A stretch of 64,000 nucleotides of DNA from an uncultured Acidimicrobiia bacterium. Lineage in GTDB: Bacteria > Acidobacteriota > Terriglobia > Versatilivoradales > Versatilivoraceae. The DNA lies in the NCBI GenBank assembly GCA_963786955.1, contig CAWBAT010000004.1, positions 736,001 through 800,000 of the forward strand, read 5' to 3'. The notes under the pieces were generated by a model. The model saw only the letters and a program-made list of their open reading frames with translations, had not been told where the DNA came from and searched no databases. The translations under genes were made by a program, and so were the position numbers. Positions 40,084 to 49,631 of this stretch are shown here, piece after piece (positions within the stretch are counted from its first letter, which is position 1; every line of letters begins with the position of its first letter).

Positions 40084-40740
40084 ATGATGAAAAAGTCCAG
40101 TTTAATGATTCTTCTGCTTTCATTGGTTGCGTTTGCCCTGATGTTTGCGCAGACGTCCCCTTCACAAACGGGTGAATCCAAGGAGAGCAAGCCAGCCAGT
40201 CCGGCGCAAAAGCCTGCCACAAAGACCGGTCAAACTAGTGAGGATTCCGCCAAAACCACGGCGAAGTCTACGGGTAAGTCCGGGACGAGTGCCTCCAAAA
40301 AGACGGAAGAAAAGCCAACAGAGGACATCAAGGAAGGGGGCAAGACTATCGGAGCGGGCGCAGCCGAAGGTTCCAAAGACTTGGGAAAGGGATCTGCTGA
40401 ATTTGGGAAGAAAATATCCAAAGGCAATGTTGTCGGTGCTGGTCAATCCATGGGAGAGGGAGCCGGAGACTTCGGCAAAAAGGTTGGCAAAGGAACAGGG
40501 AGCGGCGCCAAGGACATAGGAAAGGGAACGGCTGAGGGCAGCAAAGAAATAGGGAAAGGAACAGTCGAAGGGACCAAGAAGGTTGGAGAAGGAATAGCCG
40601 ACGGCACCAAGAAGGTTGGAAAAGCAACAGCCGAGGGAACTAAGAAAGTTGGCGAGGGTATTGGCAGTGTTGGGAAGAAGACTGCGGACGTGGTAACAGG
40701 CAAGGACGAGGAAAAGAAGGAAACGAAAACCTCAAAGTAA
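40084..40740 (+). CDS. Secreted low-complexity protein with 11-residue Gly/Lys/Glu repeats
   Basis: Signal peptide MMKKSSLMILLLSLVAFALMFA, then repeats KGTGSGAKDIG KGTAEGSKEIG KGTVEGTKKVG EGIADGTKKVG KATAEGTKKVG. Confidence 0.75.
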   Translation: MMKKSSLMILLLSLVAFALMFAQTSPSQTGESKESKPASPAQKPATKTGQTSEDSAKTTAKSTGKSGTSASKKTEEKPTEDIKEGGKTIGAGAAEGSKDLGKGSAEFGKKISKGNVVGAGQSMGEGAGDFGKKVGKGTGSGAKDIGKGTAEGSKEIGKGTVEGTKKVGEGIADGTKKVGKATAEGTKKVGEGIGSVGKKTADVVTGKDEEKKETKTSK

Positions 40741-40748
40741 TCCCCGCC

Positions 40749-41994
40749 TTACTCATGATAGCGTTTCAAAAGAAGCGCGGCATTGGTTCCTCCGAATCCA
40801 AAAGAATTCGAGAGGACGTATTCGAGATGCGGCTTTCCGCGCGACGTTGGGAACATAGTCCAAATCACAATCCGGGTCAGGATTTTCGTAGTTGATCGTC
40901 GGTGGGATTTGCTGGTGATATAGGGCTAGCGCGGAAATTCCACCTTCCAGACCGCCCGGCCGCGCCAAGCAGATGACCCGGTCATCGATTTTGTCGAGCT
41001 GATCGCCATCTTGTATGCCTGGTCGCCGAATGCCCGCTTGATCGCCATCGTTTCAAACCGGTCGTTATAAGGTGTCGAGGTTCCATGGGCATTAATGTAA
41101 TCGACCTGCTCCGGGCGAATCCCGGCATCCGTAACAGCGTTGAGCATGACCCGGTAAGCGCCATCTCCGTCCTCAGAGGGCTGGGTAATATGAAAGGCGT
41201 CTCCTGACATTCCGTACCCGGCCATCTCAGCGTAAATGGTGGCTCCCCGCTTCTTTGCCATTTCCAATTCTTCCAGAATCAGAATTCCGGCTCCCTCCCC
41301 GATGACAAATCCGTTCCGATCCAAATCAAATGGCCTGAGAGGCCCGACTGGGGCTCGTCATTGCGTGCGGATAGCGCTCGCATGGAAGCGAATCCTCCGA
41401 CGCTCATGGGTGTGATCGCAGCTTCCGAGCCGCCACAGATCATGGCATCGGCTTCGCCGCGGGCGATAATTCGAAATGAATCGCCAATCGCGTGAGAACC
41501 TGAGGAGCAAGCCGTACAGGTTGAGGTGTTGGGCCCTTTTGCTCCGAAGCGAATCGAAACCTGGCCGGCAGCCAAATTCACAATCGATGATGGGATAAAG
41601 AATGGTGAAATTCGTCCGAGGTCCTCCATTCATCAGTTCAGTGTGTTCGCGTTCAATGGTCGAGAACCCCCGATTCCGGAACCGATATGGACGCCAACCC
41701 GGGTCGCGATCGCGGGCGTGATTTTAATCCTGAGAGGTCGATCGCATATTGCGAGGCCGCAATCGCATAGTGGATGAAAGGATCCATCTTCTTGACTTCT
41801 TTTTTCTCAATCCAGTTCAAGGGGTCAAACCCCTTGACTTCCGCCGCAATTCGGACCGAAAACTTTGAAACATCGAATCGAGTGATGGTGTCGACCCCGC
41901 TCTTGCCCGCGATGAGCCCTTGCCAGGTTTCTTCGGTGCCAATTCCGAGGGCGGAGACAATACCAATGCCCGTAACGACGACTCTCCTACTCAA
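40749..41994 (-). CDS. fabF: Beta-ketoacyl-ACP synthase II, split by several single-base frameshifts
   Basis: Fragments [46 protein letters not shown] and [12 protein letters not shown] lie in different frames. Confidence 0.9.
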
Positions 41995-42117
41995 AAGAAG
42001 AACCTCCTCTTGTCCATTAAGAGATTATGTTGATCAGCAGGTCTCGGAGTGGACCGGGCTTCTCAGTAAGTCTGAATTCTCCAAGGAACAGCCGCGGCCC
42101 AATTTACGGCATTGCAA

Positions 42118-42360
42118 TTATGCCTTGGAGTGACTTTGAATGTAGCTCATCGCATCGTGAACGGTTTGGATTTTTTCTGCATCTTCATCTGGAATTTCAA
42201 TCCCAAAGCCTTCCTCGAATGCCATTACCAATTCTACGGTATCGAGTGAGTCTGCTCCAAGATCGTCAACAAAAGATGCGGTCGGAGTAACTTCCGATTC
42301 ATCAACTCCCAACTGTTCTACAATAATCTGCTTGACCTTATCTTCAAGTGAAGAAGCCAT
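42118..42360 (-). CDS. acpP: Acyl carrier protein
   Basis: [18 protein letters not shown]. Confidence 0.97.
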   Translation of the reverse strand: MASSLEDKVKQIIVEQLGVDESEVTPTASFVDDLGADSLDTVELVMAFEEGFGIEIPDEDAEKIQTVHDAMSYIQSHSKA

Positions 42361-42547
42361 CCCCTAATCCTCCTGTAGTATATAGAATGTAAGCATCACT
42401 GGCGGGTGATCAAATTATAACAAAACCGGAATTTAGGCAAAAAAAACGCATTCCGTCGAGTAAACTGCATGGCAAATTTCCACGGTGATGAAAGAATTGC
42501 CGGCAATAGGTGCTCGCCATATTCGTTCTCGTTTGAGAACGTGGACA

Positions 42548-43288
42548 CTACATATACATCCCGCCATTAATATTTAAGACATGACCCGTGATGTAGGCCG
42601 CTTCATCTGAGGCCAGGAATTTCACCCCGTATGCGACCTCGCGGTCCAGTCCCATTCGCCCCAGCGGTATTTTTTCCAAAATCTTTGCCCTGACGGCATC
42701 GGAAAGAGCCTGCGTCATGGCCGTATCAATGAATCCCGGTGCAATTGAATTAACCGTGATATTGCGAGAAGCCACTTCCTGTGCAATCGATCGAGTAAAT
42801 CCGTCGATTCCAGCTTTGGAAGCCGCATAGTTGGCCTGGCCAGGATTTCCGGTCTGCCCAACCACAGAAGAGATATTAATGATCCGTCCATATCGCTGGC
42901 GCAGCATGATTTTGATAGCTTCCTGGGTGCACAAAAAAACCCCTTTCAGATTGCTTTCGATAACGAATCCCAGTCTTCAGCCTTCATCCTTAAGAGCAGT
43001 CCGTCTTTGGTTGACCCCAGCATTATTCACTAGAATATCGAGCCTAGCAAATTCACTGCTCACTCGCGAGAATGCATCCCGGACGTTATCGGCTTGGGTA
43101 ATATCCACCTGGATTGGCAGGATCTGGCGACCCGTGCTCCGAAGCTCTTCGGCAACAAGGTTCAGTTTTTCTAGATTTCTTCCCCCGATGGCCACTTCGG
43201 CACCGGCTTCGGCCAGCACCAAAGCAATGGCTTTGCCAATGCCCTGAGAGCCGCCAGTAATAAAGGCCTTCTTGTCCTTAAGAAGCAT
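42548..43288 (-). CDS. fabG: 3-oxoacyl-ACP reductase, frameshifted near 42970-43010
   Basis: TGGSQGIG and NNAGV in one frame; [29 protein letters not shown] in another. Confidence 0.9.
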
Positions 43289-43463
43289 GATTCCGCAATG
43301 ACTCCAAAATCTGTTTCAATCTATTAACTTCTGCTCCCTGGGAAGGAACTCAATCTGGTCTCACAAGGAGTTTCAACCCAGCTCAGGAGCATCAACTCGC
43401 TTCTCATCCATGCCGTCAGGCCAGAGGGACTTCCTCAAAGAACATCCCTGAGATCCATAATTT

Positions 43464-44501
43464 TTAGTTGATGAGGATATTTTCTGATGATGGCCGTTGC
43501 AGAAACTGAAGGGGTTTCACTCCTTGTTCTATGCGTTCGTTCATACGACTGAAGCAACACTCACTGGCAACTCGAATGGCGTTCTTGATGGCTTTTGCAT
43601 TAGAGCTGCCGTGACAAATAATGACAACTCCCTGAACGCCCAGCAACGGAGCACCACCTGTTTCAGAATAATCAATCTTTGCCTTGAAGCTCTGAAATGC
43701 CTGTCTGGAAAGCAACGCCCCAATCTTTGAGGTGAGATGTTTCGACAAGTCCTTCTTCAAAAGAACGGTGAACATCTCCGTTAATCCCTCACCCAGTTTC
43801 AATGCCACATTTCCAACAAAACCATCGCAAACAATGACGTCCACATCGCCCCGAAAGACATCGCGTCCTTCAATATTTCCCACAAAGTTGACTGGAGCCG
43901 CCTTCAGTAGAGGGAAAACCTCTTTGGTGAGCTCGTTCCCTTTACATTCTTCTTCTCCGATCGACAAAAGCCCCACTTTGGGGTGGTTAATCCCCAAAAT
44001 CGAGCGCGAAAAAATTTCCCCCATGATAGCAAACTGCAGCAAGTGAGTCGGCTTACAATCGACATTCGCTCCAACATCCAGTAACAAAGCAGGGCGCCCC
44101 TTGGAAGTTGGGATCACGGCTGCCAGTGCCGGGCGATCGACCATAGGCAATGTTCCCACGACTCGCTTGGCCACCGCCATGGTGGCGCCAGTGTTGCCCG
44201 CGCTCACTACCCCGGCGGCTTTGCCGTCCCGCACAAGTTTAGCAGCAACCCGAATCGAGGAATCCTTCTTCTTGCGAAGGGCAGTCGCAACCGCTTCTTC
44301 CATGGTGATGACTTCGCTAGCTTGTACGATTTCAATCGGCAGGCCTTCCACGTCGTGTTTCTTGAGCTCTTCACGCAGGCGAAGTTCAGGCCCCACGAGA
44401 ATGACGCCGACCTGATATTCCCGAGCGGCCTGGATCGCGCCCAGCACCTCAACGTGTGGAGCACTATCTCCACCCATGGCATCGACGGCTATTTTGATCA
44501 T
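43464..44501 (-). CDS. plsX: Phosphate acyltransferase PlsX
   Basis: IAVDAMGGD, SAGNTGA, LDVGANVD, GNIEGRD and HGSS. Confidence 0.96.
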   Translation of the reverse strand: MIKIAVDAMGGDSAPHVEVLGAIQAAREYQVGVILVGPELRLREELKKHDVEGLPIEIVQASEVITMEEAVATALRKKKDSSIRVAAKLVRDGKAAGVVSAGNTGATMAVAKRVVGTLPMVDRPALAAVIPTSKGRPALLLDVGANVDCKPTHLLQFAIMGEIFSRSILGINHPKVGLLSIGEEECKGNELTKEVFPLLKAAPVNFVGNIEGRDVFRGDVDVIVCDGFVGNVALKLGEGLTEMFTVLLKKDLSKHLTSKIGALLSRQAFQSFKAKIDYSETGGAPLLGVQGVVIICHGSSNAKAIKNAIRVASECCFSRMNERIEQGVKPLQFLQRPSSENILIN

Positions 44502-44528
44502 GTTGGGAGCAGATGAAATCGTGTACCG

Positions 44529-44714
44529 CTAATCTTCTTCGCGAACTTCGACGACCTCTCGCCCTGCATAGAAGCCGCAATGAGGACAAGCCCTGTGTGG
44601 CATCTTCAGTTCATGACAGTTCGGACACTCCGATGACGAGGGGGCCTGAAGAAAATCATGGGCACGCCGTTTGTTTCGGCGGGATTTTGAATGACGTCTT
44701 TTCGGATTCGGCAT
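44529..44714 (-). CDS. rpmF: 50S ribosomal protein L32
   Basis: PKRRHSKSRRNKRR..CPNC..HRACPHCGFY. Confidence 0.96.
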   Translation of the reverse strand: MPNPKRRHSKSRRNKRRAHDFLQAPSSSECPNCHELKMPHRACPHCGFYAGREVVEVREED

Positions 44715-44784
44715 GATGAATTCTTACCTCAAACAATGACAATGCGATGCGTCCCTCAGGTCAAAGCGGCAAACTCCAACCCAT

Positions 44785-45312
44785 TCAGGAACGAATTCGG
44801 TTTCTAATTTTCGAAAGTTCTGCCAGGCGTGGATCAGAAAGCAGTGTTTCACAGCCACAGGCCTCGGCGTTCAGGTTCTTCCCACAATGAGGGCACAATC
44901 CTTTACAGTCTGCCCGGCAAATCGGCTTCATGGGCAGCGCCAGCAGAATCTGCTCTCGAATAATATCGTTAATCTCAATCGTATCTCCTGAGAAAAATCC
45001 GATATCCGTGTCCTTCTCCTGGAGAGCAATTTCGCCGGAGAGGGGATGAATGGCGTTGGACTCATAAAGCTGGTCAAAATCAGACGCAATAGGGAAGATT
45101 GCAGGTTCCAAACACCTGGAACAGGTCAGCTCTGCCTCCGCCCTCAGCGTTCCCCGCACACGGACATCAAACCCACTCCTCTCCACCAATAGGTTAATTC
45201 CGACTTTCCCTTTGATTTGAATATCGCGGGGGTCGAAATCAAGCTCTTCCTGGCTCAGCGCCGCGGCATAGCGAAGGGGTTTTAGCTCCAAATCTCGAAC
45301 ATCAATACGCAT
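44785..45312 (-). CDS. yceD: YceD/DUF177 family protein
   Basis: CSRCL, IREQILLALPMKPICRADCKGLCPHCG..DPRL, located upstream of rpmF. Confidence 0.92.
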   Translation of the reverse strand: MRIDVRDLELKPLRYAAALSQEELDFDPRDIQIKGKVGINLLVERSGFDVRVRGTLRAEAELTCSRCLEPAIFPIASDFDQLYESNAIHPLSGEIALQEKDTDIGFFSGDTIEINDIIREQILLALPMKPICRADCKGLCPHCGKNLNAEACGCETLLSDPRLAELSKIRNRIRS

Positions 45313-45347
45313 AAAGGCGACCTAACTGCCTAAAATGCAAAACGTTT

Positions 45348-45375
45348 ATTATATAGGCCACGACAACCTTGTCAA
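45348..45375 (-). promoter_or_regulatory. Sigma-70 promoter of the yceD-rpmF-plsX-fab operon
   Basis: Minus strand TTGACA-N16-TATAAT, both hexamers consensus. Confidence 0.75.
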
Positions 45376-45382
45376 CTCTAAA

Positions 45383-45940
45383 TCACCTCTCGTACATCCC
45401 CTCCAGTCTGGCCGAAGCCAACACCTTTCCTTCGATGGCCTTGCTAAAGGCCGCCGAACCGGCATCAGAAGGCAGATCCAGCTTTTCAACGTTGAGGCAA
45501 TAAAGAAGAAATTCGTATTGGTGAACTCCGGAACCCTTGGGCGGCTGTGGTCCTCCCCATCCCAACGAGCCAAAGGAATTTCTCAGCTCGATACTCCCGG
45601 CCGGCATCTTGTTTGTGCGAGAAGCTCCTTCAGATATGCTGTTTACAGGGTACGGGATATTCACGACAAGCCAGTGCAGCCAGTTGGCGGCGATGGGATG
45701 CCGGTCGATACAGACGAGTGCAAAGGATTTGGTTTCCGCAGGAGGATTGGCCCATTTTAAGGCCGGGGAAATATTCCGGGCCCCTGGAACCCCTGTGTAC
45801 GCATGAAAAGTCGGAATTGTTTTGCCTTCTCCAAAATTAGTCGACGTCAGCTGGAACTTGTCCACGGCGGTGGACAGCAGGAAGAATCCCCCACACGTCA
45901 CGGTTAGCAAGGTGGACGCGAGACAGTTATCGAGTATCAT
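45383..45940 (-). CDS. YbhB/YbcL (PEBP/Raf kinase inhibitor-like) protein
   Basis: NISPALKW, WLHWLVVNIP, and NSFG..GWGGPQPP.GSGVHQY. Confidence 0.9.
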   Translation of the reverse strand: MILDNCLASTLLTVTCGGFFLLSTAVDKFQLTSTNFGEGKTIPTFHAYTGVPGARNISPALKWANPPAETKSFALVCIDRHPIAANWLHWLVVNIPYPVNSISEGASRTNKMPAGSIELRNSFGSLGWGGPQPPKGSGVHQYEFLLYCLNVEKLDLPSDAGSAAFSKAIEGKVLASARLEGMYER

Positions 45941-46165
45941 GTTGAGCCTCCTTGATCCGCCATTGTGGATCTCTTAGCATTCATTAGGCCGATGAAGCAC
46001 TCATTGCTTCATCATAATACGATTCCAAAATGCGAGCCATCGTAACAAAATGTTTGAAAACCGATTGCGACGCGAAGACAGGACTTCGGTTAGAATAAGG
46101 CTGCTGACAATGATTCAAATCATTGATCAGACTGCCGAAAGCCGCGGGCATTCGAGGAAAATCAC

Positions 46166-47147
46166 ATGGACGCAATAAGAGATTCCTACCTGAAGGAACA
46201 GTTACAGAAACGACGTGCAAAACTTCTCGTGAGTACATCTCAAAATAAGGAGAATTCCGGTGTCCTTCGTCTATTGAAAGAGGTCGATGACGCCCTGCAA
46301 AGAATGGAGGATGGGACCTATGGACTTTGTGAAACGCTGCCATGATTGTGTTGAAAAAGACCGGTTACTGGTCAATCCTCTCTTGAAGTATTGCCTCGAT
46401 CATTTATCGTCCGAGGAGCAGCGGGCTCTTGAGCAGGACCTGGAACTCGCCTCCAAAGTTCAGGGACAGCTCCTTCCAGAACAAAATGTCACGTATAATG
46501 GTTGGGAAATCTCTTATTATTACGAGCCTGCAGGCCCTGTGAGCGGGGACTATTGTGACTTGATCAAATCGGACGAGGGAAACTTATACTTTCTGTTGGG
46601 AGATGTAGCGGGCAAGGGGATTTCCGCTTCCATGCTGATGGCTCACTTACACGCCACCTTCCGGACCCTCATCGCCCTGAACTTGAGTTTGCCCGAGATG
46701 GTGAGCAAAGCGAATCGACTTTTTTCTCAGACTACGATGGCCGATTCCTATGCTACGCTGATCTGCGGCCGGGCCAGCCAAAGAGGGGAAGTTGAGTTGA
46801 GTAATGCTGGCCACTGTCCTCCCCTAGTCAGCCAGTCTGGTCGAGTTACGAGCATTGAAGCCACCGGGCTTCCGGTTGGCATATTTCCAGACGGACAATT
46901 CGGAACGAAGACTTTTCGGCTGCAGCCTGGAGAAAGCGTAGTTATTTATTCGGACGGATTCTCTGAAGCACGCGACCTTTCAAATCGCGAGTATGGAACC
47001 GAACGAATGTCTTCTTTGCTTATCAAAAACTTCGGATTGTCAGCAGAGGAATTGATAGGAGTATGCGCCGCAGACCTTCTGGAATTCCGGCAGGGGAACC
47101 AGCAGGCCGATGATCTTTCGATGATGGTCATGCGCCGGATGGAGTAA
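46166..47147 (+). CDS. SpoIIE/PP2C phosphatase with N-terminal DksA/TraR-like zinc finger, frameshifted at ~46336
   Basis: ATG at 46166 (GAGGA RBS) reads [36 protein letters not shown]. After one extra base it continues [22 protein letters not shown], then VSGDYCD, GDVAGKG, YSDGFSEA and DDLS. Confidence 0.85.
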
Positions 47148-47190
47148 CCCCAATTCTTGTAGTGGTATTTGATATTCGACAGGAGAATCC

Positions 47191-48648
47191 ATGCAGAAAG
47201 AGAGTAGCGATATCGGCCTTATTGGGCTTGCGGTGATGGGGCAAAATCTTGTTCTGAACATGAATGACCACGGGTACAAAGTGGCTGTTTTTAATCGTAC
47301 CGTATCGAAGGTGGACGATTTCATCAAGAATGAGGCTGCAGGAACCAAAGTTGTGGGAACTTATTCCATTGAGGAGTTGGTCAGCACACTCAAGCGCCCC
47401 CGTCGGGTCATGTTAATGGTCAAGGCCGGTGACACAGTGGACCAATTTATCAACCAATTAACATTGTACCTTGAACCGGGTGACATCATCATCGACGGTG
47501 GAAACTCGCATTACCCCGACACTAACCGTCGGACCCAATCGCTTGCTGATAAAGGTATTCTTTTTATCGGGACGGGGGTTTCCGGGGGAGAGGAGGGAGC
47601 AAGACATGGACCGTCCATCATGCCAGGAGGGAATTCGGAAGCCTGGCCTCATGTCAAAGATATCTTCCAATCCATCGCAGCAAAGGTTGAGGATGGAACG
47701 CCTTGCTGTGATTGGGTGGGTGAGGCCGGCGCTGGCCACTACGTCAAAATGGTGCATAACGGAATCGAATATGGCGACATGCAGCTGATTTGCGAAGCGT
47801 ACCACCTTTTGAAAGCCACATTGGGATTGGACGCGGACTATCTCCATGACGTATTTGCGGACTGGAACGCCGGGGAATTGGACAGTTATCTGATCGAGAT
47901 TACCAGCCATATTTTTTCTATGAAGGATGAAGATGGAACCCCGCTTGTCGAGAAAATTCTGGATGCTGCTGGTCAAAAGGGGACCGGGAAATGGACCGTG
48001 GTCAATGCGCTGGAACTCGGAACCCCGGTAACCTTGATCGGGGAAGCTGTCTTTTCACGTTGCCTATCCGCTCTCAAGGGAGAGCGGGTGGCCTCTTCGA
48101 AGGTCCTTTCAGGCCCTATCATCTCATTCAAAGGGGATAAAGGGGCATTCATTGAAGATGTTCGTCGCGCCCTATACTGCTCCAAGCTCATCTCTTATGC
48201 GCAAGGGTTCATGCTCATGCGTGAAGCTGCCCGGGACCAGGGTTGGAAACTGAATTTCGGCGGCGTTGCACTGATGTGGCGCGGAGGCTGTATTATCCGT
48301 AGCCGCTTCCTCGGCAAAATCAAAGAGGCCTTCGATAAGAATCCGCATTTGGAGAATTTACTCTTAGACGATTTCTTCAGCCAAGTCCTGAGCCGTTACC
48401 AGCTTTCATGGCGAAATGCCATTATTCAAGCAGTTCTGTCGGGTGTTCCCACTCCCGCCTTTTCCACCGCACTCGCATTTTTTGACGGTTACCGAACAGA
48501 AAGACTACCAGCTAACTTATTGCAGGCACAGCGTGACTACTTTGGGGCACACACCTATGAGCGAGTGGATTCTCCTCGCGGGAAATTCTTCCATACAAAC
48601 TGGACGGGTAAGGGGGGAAGGGTCGCTTCGGGATCGTATACCGTTTAG
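47191..48648 (+). CDS. gnd: 6-phosphogluconate dehydrogenase (NADP-dependent, decarboxylating)
   Basis: GLAVMGQNL, VSGGEEGAR, KMVHNGIEY and QAQRDYFGAHTYER. Confidence 0.97.
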   Translation: MQKESSDIGLIGLAVMGQNLVLNMNDHGYKVAVFNRTVSKVDDFIKNEAAGTKVVGTYSIEELVSTLKRPRRVMLMVKAGDTVDQFINQLTLYLEPGDIIIDGGNSHYPDTNRRTQSLADKGILFIGTGVSGGEEGARHGPSIMPGGNSEAWPHVKDIFQSIAAKVEDGTPCCDWVGEAGAGHYVKMVHNGIEYGDMQLICEAYHLLKATLGLDADYLHDVFADWNAGELDSYLIEITSHIFSMKDEDGTPLVEKILDAAGQKGTGKWTVVNALELGTPVTLIGEAVFSRCLSALKGERVASSKVLSGPIISFKGDKGAFIEDVRRALYCSKLISYAQGFMLMREAARDQGWKLNFGGVALMWRGGCIIRSRFLGKIKEAFDKNPHLENLLLDDFFSQVLSRYQLSWRNAIIQAVLSGVPTPAFSTALAFFDGYRTERLPANLLQAQRDYFGAHTYERVDSPRGKFFHTNWTGKGGRVASGSYTV

Positions 48649-48748
48649 GCATTCGGGTCCCAGAACACGGTGAAATATGTTGTTATAGGGGAACTTGGGA
48701 AACTTCGGGTCACATCTCGTTATTCAAGAAATTAGGGGCAAAATGGGC

Positions 48749-48781
48749 GGGTGGCGCACATGCGTCCTTTGCATGTCTTCG
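48749..48781. repeat. REP-like element (family B)
   Basis: GGGTGGCGCACATGCGTCCTTTGCATGTCTTCG resembles 5687-5718 and 8004-8050. Confidence 0.55.
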
Positions 48782-49030
48782 AAGAAGCTATCTCTTGAAA
48801 GACCGATGAGGAAGAAGAGATTGCTGTCGCACTTATTAAATGACTGAATCTTTGCGGTAAGTCTTTTGATCTACATATAGCTGTAGAATGGTCTCCCGTT
48901 AATTTCCTTTTGCCCTTCCTTTAGGCCCCCCTCTCGAATGGTTCCTCCAGAGCTTGGTAGAGAACCCAAGCGGGATCAGTAATTAACAGGTCGCTCCTGA
49001 CGGCAGCTTTCTTCTTTAACGAACAGCAGA

Positions 49031-49312
49031 TTCTATACACAGATCGCTGCTCTGCGGCTTTGCGAGAATGTAGCGCGGACCCGATTTCCGGGTCCGCGGC
49101 CTTTCTCCTTAACGGTTTCAAAAAAACCGCAGAGTCAAAAATCGACTGCGCTACGGGCTAACATCAGGTTCTATACACAGATCGCTGCTTGCTCATGCGG
49201 CTATGAGAGAATGCAGCGCGGACCTCATCTCCGGGACGGCGGCCTTCTCCCTAACGGCTTCAAGCCTCACTCACACCTGCAAGAGGGAAAGATCGACTAC
49301 TTTCCGCGCTAC
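49031..49312. repeat. Degenerate tandem duplication (~138 bp period) of a GTAGCGCG..CGCGCTAC REPIN-like unit
   Basis: TTCTATACACAGATCGCTGC occurs at 49031 and 49169. Each copy is followed by GAGAATGYAGCGCGGAC..GCGGCCTT..TAACGG and ATCGACT..GCGCTAC. Confidence 0.75.
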
Positions 49313-49537
49313 TGGCTTATCCCCGTAAGAGGATTCGATAGACATCGCAAAACGATGTATTCGCCACCGCGTAAGTACCAAGGTTCATCAATAAGGCATT
49401 CAGTTCTAGGGTTAATTCACACACCCGTTTGGGTGAAATCAGCTAATCCGTCCTGGTTCCCTCCCTTTTCACCGCTCAATCTGACCCTCCTTGGTGTTAC
49501 TGGAATAGTTTGGGTTTTTCCTTCTCTTCGTCTCATT

Positions 49538-49553
49538 TGGCTTATGGTTTGCA
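49538..49553 (+). promoter_or_regulatory. Sigma-54-type promoter upstream of the USP gene
   Basis: TGGCTTATGGTTTGCA, with GG-N10-GC spacing. Confidence 0.6.
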
Positions 49554-49631
49554 GTGCTGTATCTAGAGTGGGGCCTTGGTTTGCCCCTATCATTTGTGGA
49601 ACGTATATTCATGAAACAAGGAGAGAGGCAT

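Noticed and set aside
40749-43288. Programmed frameshifting or true pseudogenes in fabF/fabG
   Set aside because: There are too many independent indels, no slippery-site plus structure pattern, and the same defect affects many unrelated genes. Sequencing error is more likely.
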